From the NCBI GenBank assembly GCA_002840095.1, contig PGZL01000008.1, positions 389,790 through 453,789 on the forward strand: 64,000 nt of DNA, read 5' to 3'. This DNA is from Gammaproteobacteria bacterium HGW-Gammaproteobacteria-1 (GTDB lineage Bacteria > Pseudomonadota > Gammaproteobacteria > Thiohalomonadales > Thiohalomonadaceae). Within the stretch, counting starts at the first letter, position 1, and every line of letters begins with the position of its first letter. Of the stretch, positions 14,748 through 22,157 are shown one piece after another. Position numbers and translations under genes: made by a program. The notes under the pieces are model-generated. The model was not told the origin of the DNA. It was given only the letters and a program-made list of their open reading frames with translations, and did not search any database.

Positions 14748-15734
14748 ATGCAAACCCTGACCGACTCCTTTGGCCGCCGCATTACCTACCTGCGCCTGTC
14801 GCTGACCGACCATTGCAACCTGCGCTGCCGCTACTGCATGCCGGAAGATGCTCACGGCAGCGGTCGCGCCCGGCGGTTGAGCCTGGAGGAAACCGCTCGG
14901 CTGGTGGGGCTGTTCGCGCGCATGGGGGTGGAGCGGTTCCGGCTGACCGGCGGTGAACCGCTGCTGCGCAAGGACCTGGTCCCGCTGGCCGCCGCTCTTA
15001 CATCCTTGCCGGGCGTGCGTGATCTTTCCCTCTCCACCAACGCCCTGTTGCTGGAACAGAGCGCAGCAGCGCTGGCCGCCGCCGGCGTGGGGCGGCTCAA
15101 CATCTCCCTCGACTCCCTGCAACCGGAACGATTCGCCGACATCACCGGCGGCGGCGACCTGGCCGCCGTGCTGCGCGGCATCGAGGCGGCGCGGGCTGCC
15201 GGCATGACGCCCATCAAGCTCAACATGGTGGCCCTGAACGGCATCAACGACGACGAAATCACCGCCATGGCCGAGTTCGCCCAGGCACGCGGCCTGGAGC
15301 TGCGCTACATTGAAACCATGCCGGTGGGCGGCCAGGGCGAGTGGAGCATGCGCCACCATCTGCCCGCCGAGCAGATCATGGTACGGCTGAAGGAACATTA
15401 CGGCACCGACCTGCTGCCGCAGCACGAGGGTGCGGGCGGGCCGGCGCGCATGTACCGCATCGGCGCGCACGGCCCCCGTATCGGGGTCATTTCCGCCGTA
15501 TCGCGCCACTTCTGCGCCAGCTGCAACCGCGTGCGGCTCACCGCCGCGGGTGATCTGGTGCTCTGTCTCGGCAATGAAAACAGCGTGTCGCTGCGTGAGC
15601 CCATGCGCGCCGGCATGGATGACGAGGCACTCTGTGACCTGATCCGCGCCGCCATCCTGCGCAAGCCGGAACGGCACGACTTCAACGCGCCGCAGGTGGC
15701 GCCGCTGCGGCCGATGTACGCCCTGGGCGGTTGA
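14748..15734 (+). CDS. moaA: GTP 3',8-cyclase (molybdenum cofactor biosynthesis protein A)
   Basis: Radical-SAM motif CNLRCRYCMP. C-terminal cluster CASCNRVRLTAAGDLVLCL. Ends in the GG tail typical of MoaA. Confidence 0.9.
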   Translation: MQTLTDSFGRRITYLRLSLTDHCNLRCRYCMPEDAHGSGRARRLSLEETARLVGLFARMGVERFRLTGGEPLLRKDLVPLAAALTSLPGVRDLSLSTNALLLEQSAAALAAAGVGRLNISLDSLQPERFADITGGGDLAAVLRGIEAARAAGMTPIKLNMVALNGINDDEITAMAEFAQARGLELRYIETMPVGGQGEWSMRHHLPAEQIMVRLKEHYGTDLLPQHEGAGGPARMYRIGAHGPRIGVISAVSRHFCASCNRVRLTAAGDLVLCLGNENSVSLREPMRAGMDDEALCDLIRAAILRKPERHDFNAPQVAPLRPMYALGG

Positions 15735-15735
15735 A

Positions 15736-15896
15736 GGGAGATACAAGAGAAAGGATACAAGATGCAGGTGGATGAGTGCGCTGCGCGCACGGTGGTTTGA
15801 ATTTCAAACAGTACGAGCGCAGCGAGTTCTTTCCCTTGTATCTTGTCTCTTGTATCTTTTCTCTCTGCTCTTGTGCGCTACGCTTATCCACCCTGC
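15736..15896. repeat. Palindromic element (TACAAG arms + conserved core) plus half-REP
   Basis: Arms at 15736-15768 and 15833-15874. Core GAGTGCGCTGCGCGCACGGTGGTTTGAATTTCAAAC...GAGCGCAGCGAG. It starts 2 nt after the moaA stop. Confidence 0.8.
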
Positions 15897-15933
15897 GTGA
15901 ATAGTTGTGGAAACTTTTTGAGGAGTACCGAGC

Positions 15934-16365
15934 ATGCCCACCCCCCAACACCTCGGCGAACTGACGCCGCGTCAGGCCTGGCAGATGCTGCAGGACGATC
16001 CGCGCACCGTCCTGGTCGACATCCGCTCCGCCATGGAATTTCTTTTTGTCGGCCATCCCAGCGGCGCGGTGCACATCGCCTGGATCGACGAGCCCGACTG
16101 GACCGTCAACCCGCATTTCGTCACCGAAGTGCGCAAGCTGCTGCTGGGCGGCGTGGTGTGCGACAACCAGGGGGGCTGCGCGCCGGTGATCCTAAGCTGC
16201 CGCAGCGGCAAGCGCTCCAAGGAAGCCGGCAAGGCGCTGCTCGATGCGGGCTTCCGCAACGTGTACCACATCGACAGCGGCTTCGAGGGCGAGCTGGACG
16301 ATCACCATCACCGCAGCACCGTCAACGGCTGGCGCTTCGACGGCCTGCCGTGGGAGCAGTGCTGA
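15934..16365 (+). CDS. Single-domain rhodanese-like sulfurtransferase
   Basis: GAGGAG SD. Rhodanese fold (VLVDIRSAMEF..GHPSGAVHI) with active-site loop CRSGKRS. Confidence 0.8.
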   Translation: MPTPQHLGELTPRQAWQMLQDDPRTVLVDIRSAMEFLFVGHPSGAVHIAWIDEPDWTVNPHFVTEVRKLLLGGVVCDNQGGCAPVILSCRSGKRSKEAGKALLDAGFRNVYHIDSGFEGELDDHHHRSTVNGWRFDGLPWEQC

Positions 16366-16379
16366 GCGGCGGAGAATAG

Positions 16380-16492
16380 TTACAAGATACAAGTGACAAG
16401 ATACAAGCGATGGAGTGCGCTGCGCGCAAGGTTTGATTCAGAACTACATGAGCGTGGCGAGCCCATTTACTTGCATCTCGTCTCTTTGTCAG
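16380..16492. repeat. Palindromic element (TACAAG arms + conserved core)
   Basis: GTTACAAGATACAAGTGACAAGATACAAG, then core GAGTGCGCTGCGCGCAAGGTTTGA..., then CTTGCATCTCGTCTCTTTGTCAG. Confidence 0.75.
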
Positions 16493-16589
16493 TCCCTTAT
16501 GGTTTCCACTCGGTGTGCGTGCGGACGATCCGCGTTCGCCACGCCGGCGTCAACTGCGGCTTTCAAGTCAAACGGCAAACTTTATCGGA

Positions 16590-16623
16590 ATAAAAAGCCG
16601 GTATGAACTCGCGTTCATACCGG
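16590..16623 (-). terminator. Second intrinsic terminator (minus strand), about 30 nt after the first
   Basis: The minus strand reads CCGGUAUGAAC-gcga-GUUCAUACCGG followed by CUUUUUAUU. Confidence 0.6.
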
Positions 16624-16649
16624 TAATGTCCCACGGAGGGGGGCAGACG

Positions 16650-16680
16650 AAAAAAGCGGCCCGGCGACCTTGCCGGACCG
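16650..16680 (-). terminator. Intrinsic terminator (minus strand)
   Basis: The minus strand reads CGGUCCGGC-aagguc-GCCGGGCCG followed by CUUUUUU. No annotated minus-strand gene lies upstream of it. Confidence 0.6.
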
Positions 16681-17202
16681 AAACACCCCAAGGAAGCTCT
16701 CCAGGTCCCTGCGGAAACGCCTGCGAGGTCCTTGCCCGTCGCGGCCACGCCCTCTTCGGGCCACAGTCCAACAATTGACCTGCAGCCTCGGCGCCTGCCG
16801 CCGTGCCATGGTGTAAACGCAAGATATGGGCCACATCTGCCGGCGCCGCGGCAAACGCCGTGTTCTGCGTATGTCCGCCGCATTTCCGATGCGCACAGTC
16901 CTTGTCTTGTTACCGCGCGGTAGCGAGCGGGCGTGATGTGGATCGCGTGATGTAACAGCCAGGTAACGTCAGCGGAGCAGGTGGCGTAAGGACGATTATT
17001 ACGGTGGTGTGCACGCAGTCACGCTGTGACGAGTCGGGCAGGCACGGAGCGGTGTTCTGTGACGCAATCGGCGCATGGCCCGGCGCAGTAATTGCTAAAT
17101 ATCGCCTCAGCCGCGCCAGTGCTCAACACACGCCGAGTGCACGCGGTACAGCAGACTAGGGCCGGGGAGCGTCGGCCAACAATGCAAAGGAGACGATCAA
17201 CC

Positions 17203-17550
17203 ATGTCCATGCAGGAAGAAATGCGCTGGCACGACGGCAGGCCTCAAGGCAGCGGCGTGGCCGCGGGCGCCGCACCGCGCGGCACGGTAATCAAGGGTGA
17301 AACCGCAGATGGTCACGCGTTCCGCCCCAGGGACTGGGCGTACCGCCTCGCCACGGCGTGCGCGGTCAGCTGCCGCTATTGCGACGGGACGCCGGAGCGG
17401 CGCTTCAATCCCCATGTGCAGGTCACGGTGATGGACGGCGTGCCCAGCGTCTGGCTGTCGCCATGGCTGGGAGAAAACGATCCGGCCCGCTACGACTTCC
17501 TCGTCAAGTTCGGCAGCGACAACGATTTACAGGTTCTGTGCACGGTATAA
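17203..17550 (+). CDS. DUF3579-like small protein
   Basis: ATG at 17203 behind AAGGAG. The pattern IKGETADGHAFRPRDWAYRLA...FNPHVQV...NDLQV matches my recollection of DUF3579. Confidence 0.55.
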   Translation: MSMQEEMRWHDGRPQGSGVAAGAAPRGTVIKGETADGHAFRPRDWAYRLATACAVSCRYCDGTPERRFNPHVQVTVMDGVPSVWLSPWLGENDPARYDFLVKFGSDNDLQVLCTV

Positions 17551-17715
17551 GACAGGCTGTCGCACAGATTGAAAAACTCACTCGTGCCTGCGTTCCCGTG
17601 GATGCGTCTCCAGATGTCGCCATCGCCCGGCAGAGCCGGACTCCCACGAAAGGCGGGTAAGCGTGCGCGCCGCTCACACCTGCCTTGACCTGGCCTTTTT
17701 GCCCTTGCTTCTGCC

Positions 17716-19047
17716 TTACCCCGCCGTCACGCACACCGTGGCGAAGCCGCCGCCGGGGGTGCGGAAGTTGGTGGTCTGGCCGCGGTAGAGGCGGGCGGCG
17801 ATGAGCTGGATGGCGCCGTCGTAAACGTAGCAGCGCACGTCGGCCTTCAGTTCCACCACCTCGTTTTCCACCACGGCATGGCGCATGGACGGCGCCGCCA
17901 TTTCCTGCGCCACGTAATCCTCGTGCAGCAGTTTCTCGAACACCGTGCGTGTGAGCTTGGCACCCTCGTAGGCACCATGGCTGCCGTAGGCCGCCACCGG
18001 CTTGAAGAACAGGCGGCGGCGGTTGCGCCACAGCTCGTCGGCCCGGTCCGGCGTCACCCGCTGCGTCGGCGGCACGTGGGAAGTGATCTGGGCGATGTCC
18101 TGTTCCGCCGCGCCCAGCGCGGCCAGCGTCGCGGCGTCGGACAGCCGCACCAGGTGACGCTTGTCGGCATACAGGGCATGGCTTTGCGGATGCGGCGTGA
18201 GCACCACCCGGCCGGCGAGATACGCCTCGCGCAGCGGCGCCAGGTGCGGCGCTTCCAGGTAGAAGTCGGTGAGGCGGTTGTACACCAGATCGATGGGCTG
18301 GCCGTGCAGCGTCAGCCCGGCCGCGTCGCCCTGCAATTCACGCGGGTCGCATACCACGGACTCGATGCCGGCGGCAGCGAACAGGGCGACGAAGCGCAGA
18401 AACTCCGGAAAGAGATATTGCTCCTGCGGCTTTTCGTCGACGATGGCGATGCGGCGCAAGGGCGTGTCGCCGCGTGCCTGGTGCCATTCGCGCCGGAAGC
18501 TGTCGAGGATGGCGCATTCCGCTTCATCGGCCTGCTGGGCCGGCGCCACGCCGTGCAGTTCGCGGCAGCAGGAATTTTGCGCCGCCAGCAGGGCGGTGCT
18601 GATCAGTGCGCCGCCGGCGTTGCTGTTGATTTCGATGAGCTGCGGCCGCTCGCCGCCGAGATGGAAGTCGTAGCCGAACAAGACCCCGGGATAGCCAGGA
18701 TCGTGGGCGGCACTGGCGGGCGCCTCCGCCAGTGCGGCGGCACGCCAGCCCGGCAGGGCTGCGACGCGGTGGATGGCGGCGACGGTGTCGCGCATGGCCT
18801 CGAAGGCCGGTTGGGCTATGTATAGCGGTGCCGCCGCCACGCGCGGAAAGGTTGCCTCCGCCTTCAGCTCCTGCTGCGGGCACAGGCAGAAACGGTTGAG
18901 GCGCGAGGCGACGCGCACCGTGCCGTTGCCGGAGGATGTGGGGGATATGCTGTCGGGTTGCGCGGTCACGGTTGCAGGGACGCACCAGGTAGGTGTTGAT
19001 ATTGTGTCACGGCGGCCGTCCGAATTCACGGACGGCCGCGTCGACAT
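17716..19047 (-). CDS. ATP-grasp-like (circularly permuted/glutathionylspermidine-synthase-like) protein
   Basis: 443-aa ORF starting 2 nt after the arsM stop. Segments LIEINSNAGGAL, IDLVYNRLTDF and FFKPVAAYGSHGAY...VAQE resemble ATP-grasp type-2 proteins. The start may lie further downstream. Confidence 0.55.
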   Translation of the reverse strand: MSTRPSVNSDGRRDTISTPTWCVPATVTAQPDSISPTSSGNGTVRVASRLNRFCLCPQQELKAEATFPRVAAAPLYIAQPAFEAMRDTVAAIHRVAALPGWRAAALAEAPASAAHDPGYPGVLFGYDFHLGGERPQLIEINSNAGGALISTALLAAQNSCCRELHGVAPAQQADEAECAILDSFRREWHQARGDTPLRRIAIVDEKPQEQYLFPEFLRFVALFAAAGIESVVCDPRELQGDAAGLTLHGQPIDLVYNRLTDFYLEAPHLAPLREAYLAGRVVLTPHPQSHALYADKRHLVRLSDAATLAALGAAEQDIAQITSHVPPTQRVTPDRADELWRNRRRLFFKPVAAYGSHGAYEGAKLTRTVFEKLLHEDYVAQEMAAPSMRHAVVENEVVELKADVRCYVYDGAIQLIAARLYRGQTTNFRTPGGGFATVCVTAG

Positions 19048-19049
19048 GG

Positions 19050-19847
19050 TCAGCCGCCCGGCGCCACCCCAGGCTTGACGGCCTCGATGGCGGCGGAGGC
19101 GACGTAATCCTCCATACGGCGTCCCGGCGCCCAGTCGCGGATGAACCCGCGGCTTTCATCCTTGGACGCAATGCGCACGCCGGTAAAGCCCGCCGCACGC
19201 ATCATCGCTTCCAGCTCGCCGATGAGGGATGCGCCGGCCAGGCAGCCGGTATACAGCGCCAGGTCGTGTCGCGCCTGCTCGGGCAGTTCGGCGGTGGCCA
19301 CCACATCGCTGATGGCCAGGCGCCCGCCGGGCCGGAGCACCCGGAAGGCCTCGCGGAACACCTGGGCCTTGTCCGGCGAGAGGTTGATGACGCAGTTGGA
19401 GATGATCGCGTCGACGCTGGCGTCGGCCACCGGCAGGTGCTCGATCTCGCCGAGGCGGAACTCGACGTTTTGATAGCCGCCCTTGCGCGCATTGTCCCGC
19501 GCCCTGGTCAGCATTTCCGGCGTCATGTCGACACCGATTACCTTACCGGCATCGCCCACGGCGCGGGCGGCGAGGAAGGCATCGAAGCCGGCGCCGCTGC
19601 CCAGGTCGAGTACCACTTCGCCGGGCTGGACGGCGGCGATGGCCTGCGGGTTGCCGCAGCCGAGGCCGAGGTTGGCCCCTTCCGGCACCGCGCCGGCATC
19701 CGTGTCGCTATAGCCCAGCTGTAGCGCGACCACTGCGGCGGAGGCGGTGCCGCAACTGCCGCCGGCGCAGCAACCGCCGCCGTCCTGCCGCGCCACTTTG
19801 CCGTAGTTTTCCCGCACCGCGTTGCGGATTGCATCGTTGTTGTCCAT
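19050..19847 (-). CDS. arsM: Arsenite S-adenosylmethionine methyltransferase
   Basis: ATG at 19847 behind AGGAG. SAM motif VLDLGSGAGFD. Conserved As-binding cysteines present (GGGCCAGGSCG N-terminal pair, ISNCVINL, YTGCLAG). Confidence 0.85.
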   Translation of the reverse strand: MDNNDAIRNAVRENYGKVARQDGGGCCAGGSCGTASAAVVALQLGYSDTDAGAVPEGANLGLGCGNPQAIAAVQPGEVVLDLGSGAGFDAFLAARAVGDAGKVIGVDMTPEMLTRARDNARKGGYQNVEFRLGEIEHLPVADASVDAIISNCVINLSPDKAQVFREAFRVLRPGGRLAISDVVATAELPEQARHDLALYTGCLAGASLIGELEAMMRAAGFTGVRIASKDESRGFIRDWAPGRRMEDYVASAAIEAVKPGVAPGG

Positions 19848-19956
19848 GTTGCGCTCCTGGTTGGTTGTCACGTTCCCTGTACAGAACGGATGCGAAGCCG
19901 AAAAGACGCAAAAGGATTTGTCGCCGCGCGGACCTGCGCGTGCACCGAGAATGATC

Positions 19957-20520
19957 TCAGTCCGCGCCGGCCGCGGCACAGGCGGGGCCGCCGCTACGCG
20001 CCGTGTAGCCGACCAGCACGTCATCATGATCGAAATGGTAGCGGCAGCAGCGCTGGAACTCGTGCTGTAACAGCGTGCGTGCCCGCTGCACCCGCGATTT
20101 CGCGCCGGACAGGCCGATGTTCTGGCGTTCGGCGATCTCCTGCTGCGGCATGCCTGCCAGGTCCCATAGCAGGGCGATTCGATAATGTTCGGGCAGCCGC
20201 CCGGCCAAAGGTGTGATGCACGGTTCCAGCATGCGCAGCGAAACCGCGCTGTTGCCGCGGTCTGCGGCCAGCGACGCATCGATGCCGACTTCATCGCGTT
20301 GCGCGCGATAGTGATCCACGATGAGGTTGCGCGCGGTGCGCAGCAGCCAGGCGCGCAGCTGAACCGGCGCAGCGCCCTGCGGCGGGGTGTGGTGCAGGCG
20401 GAGAAAGGTTTCCTGCGCCAGATCCTCGGCCAACTCAGGACTGGGCAGCCGACGGCGCAGGTAGCGATAGACCGTCGCGTGATGCTGGTTCCAGGCGCTT
20501 TCGGTATCGGGTGTGTTCAT
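19957..20520 (-). CDS. ECF sigma factor with Cys/His-rich C-terminal extension (SigZ-like)
   Basis: ATG at 20520. Region 2 (DLAQETFLRLH) and region 4 (MPQQEIAERQNIGLSGAKSRVQRAR) are followed by QRCCRYHFDHDD...C. No adjacent anti-sigma gene. Confidence 0.8.
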   Translation of the reverse strand: MNTPDTESAWNQHHATVYRYLRRRLPSPELAEDLAQETFLRLHHTPPQGAAPVQLRAWLLRTARNLIVDHYRAQRDEVGIDASLAADRGNSAVSLRMLEPCITPLAGRLPEHYRIALLWDLAGMPQQEIAERQNIGLSGAKSRVQRARTLLQHEFQRCCRYHFDHDDVLVGYTARSGGPACAAAGAD

Positions 20521-20575
20521 TATGCACTCCGGAAATGATTGCGCGGCTCGCCCATATCGGCGGGCCGCAGGGGCA

Positions 20576-20806
20576 TCACAGCCAGGAGTCCACGGTCCTG
20601 CGGTCCGGCACACCACCGGCATGCACCACCTGGCCGTCGATCACCACGCCCGGAGTGGACATCACGCCGTAACTCATAATCTGGCCGATATCCTCGATTT
20701 TTTCCAGCTGCACCGCGACGCCTTTTTCCTCCGCCGCCTTGCGGATGAGATCGTAGGTGGTCTGGCAGTTGCGGCAGCCGGAGCCGAGTACCTTGATGTT
20801 CTTCAT
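20576..20806 (-). CDS. Thioredoxin-fold redox-active disulfide protein (TM0996/MTH895 type)
   Basis: 76 aa, MKNIKVLGSGCRNCQ... with a CxxC motif. This is a classic partner of COG0701 permeases. Confidence 0.8.
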   Translation of the reverse strand: MKNIKVLGSGCRNCQTTYDLIRKAAEEKGVAVQLEKIEDIGQIMSYGVMSTPGVVIDGQVVHAGGVPDRRTVDSWL

Positions 20807-20819
20807 GTTTATCTCCTGG

Positions 20820-21125
20820 TCAGCAGCAGGACTGGCCGCTCGTGGTGGTTGAACAGCCGCAGCTTTCCGTCGGCGCCGCCGCGATGCTGAAGGTCGGCGT
20901 CACCTGGGCGGCCTTGTCGTCAAAGGCGGCGTCCAGCTTCTGTGCCGCCTCGTCGCGGATATGGCGGGCGATTTCGATCACGGCGTCGAGCTGGTGTTCA
21001 GGGACCTTCATGTCGCGCAGGCGTTGCAGCTGGCACTGGCCCATGGCCGGGTGGTTGGAGGCGATGCCGGCGGCCAGTGAGACCATGGCGACGATGGAGG
21101 AATGCAGTTGCGGTTGATCAGTCAT
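20820..21125 (-). CDS. Small AhpD/carboxymuconolactone-decarboxylase-like protein with Cys-rich tail
   Basis: 101 aa. A helical CMD-like core is followed by a C-terminal ESCGCSTTTSGQSCC. The gene sits 13 nt upstream of the Trx-like gene. Confidence 0.45.
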   Translation of the reverse strand: MTDQPQLHSSIVAMVSLAAGIASNHPAMGQCQLQRLRDMKVPEHQLDAVIEIARHIRDEAAQKLDAAFDDKAAQVTPTFSIAAAPTESCGCSTTTSGQSCC

Positions 21126-21140
21126 GGAATGTCCCTCAAT

Positions 21141-21194
21141 GTAGGGTGCGCATTGCGCACCAATACCAAAAACGGTGCGCAGTGCGCACCCTAC
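21141..21194. repeat. Inverted REP pair GTAGGGTGCGCAnTGCGCACC
   Basis: GTAGGGTGCGCATTGCGCACC ... GGTGCGCAGTGCGCACCCTAC, between the permease and the CMD-like gene. Confidence 0.85.
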
Positions 21195-21200
21195 GCAATC

Positions 21201-22157
21201 TCATGCCAGCAGGTTGAAGCCCCAGCCGACCAGCATGAAGGCGACGGCGAGGACCCCGGAAAATACGGCCAGCCCCGGCCACTTGATCACCTTGCGCAGG
21301 ATGATCAGTTCCGGCACGGACAGGGCGGCGATGCTCATCATGAAGGCCAGGGTGGTGCCGACGGCGACGCCCTTGCCCAGCATGGCCTCGGCCACCGGGA
21401 TCACGCCTGTGGCGTTGGAATAGAGCGGCACGCCGAGTAGTACGGCGCCGGGGACGGCAAACCAGTTGTCCTTGCCGCCCAGGTGCTCGGTGACCCAGCC
21501 TTCGGGCACGTAGCCGTGGAACAGCGCGCCGACGGCGATGCCGGCGATGACCCACTTCCACAGCCGGCCGACGATTTCCTTCACCTCGCACCAGGCATAG
21601 CGGTGGCGTCCCAGTAGCGTGGTGTCGGGTTGTGGCAGGGCCACCTGGCCCATGTGGATCTTCCACACGTAGTCCTCCACCCAGCGCTCGGGCTTGAAGC
21701 GCTCCATGATGATGCCGCCGACGTAGGCCACGGCAAGGCCCGCCGCCACGTACATCACGGTCAGTTTCCAACCCAGGATGCCGAGCAGGATCACCACCGC
21801 CACTTCGTTGATCATCGGCGAGGCGATGAGGAACGAGAAGGTGACGCCAAGGGGGATCCCGGCCTCGACGAAGCCGATGAACAGCGGTACCGAGGAGCAG
21901 GAACAGAACGGCGTGATCGCACCGAGGGTGACGGCGGAACTGCGTGCCAGCCACTTGGGCTTGCCGCGCACGTAGTCACGCACCTTTTCCGGCGACAGCA
22001 GTGCGCGCAGCAGGCCCATCACGTAAATGATGAGCACCAGCATGACGAAGATCTTCACCGTGTCCATGACGAAGAAATGCGTCGCGGCGCCCAGATGGCT
22101 GGCAGGGTCGAGTCCCAGCCATTGGTAGACGATCAGATTGGCAAGAGTGTCGAACAT
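21201..22157 (-). CDS. COG0701 permease (ArsP-like candidate organoarsenical/metalloid efflux permease)
   Basis: Internal ATG at 22157 (MFDTLANL...). Polytopic, with the vicinal-Cys motif TPFCSCSSVP. Its start overlaps the MBL gene stop by 1 nt. Confidence 0.75.
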   Translation of the reverse strand: MFDTLANLIVYQWLGLDPASHLGAATHFFVMDTVKIFVMLVLIIYVMGLLRALLSPEKVRDYVRGKPKWLARSSAVTLGAITPFCSCSSVPLFIGFVEAGIPLGVTFSFLIASPMINEVAVVILLGILGWKLTVMYVAAGLAVAYVGGIIMERFKPERWVEDYVWKIHMGQVALPQPDTTLLGRHRYAWCEVKEIVGRLWKWVIAGIAVGALFHGYVPEGWVTEHLGGKDNWFAVPGAVLLGVPLYSNATGVIPVAEAMLGKGVAVGTTLAFMMSIAALSVPELIILRKVIKWPGLAVFSGVLAVAFMLVGWGFNLLA

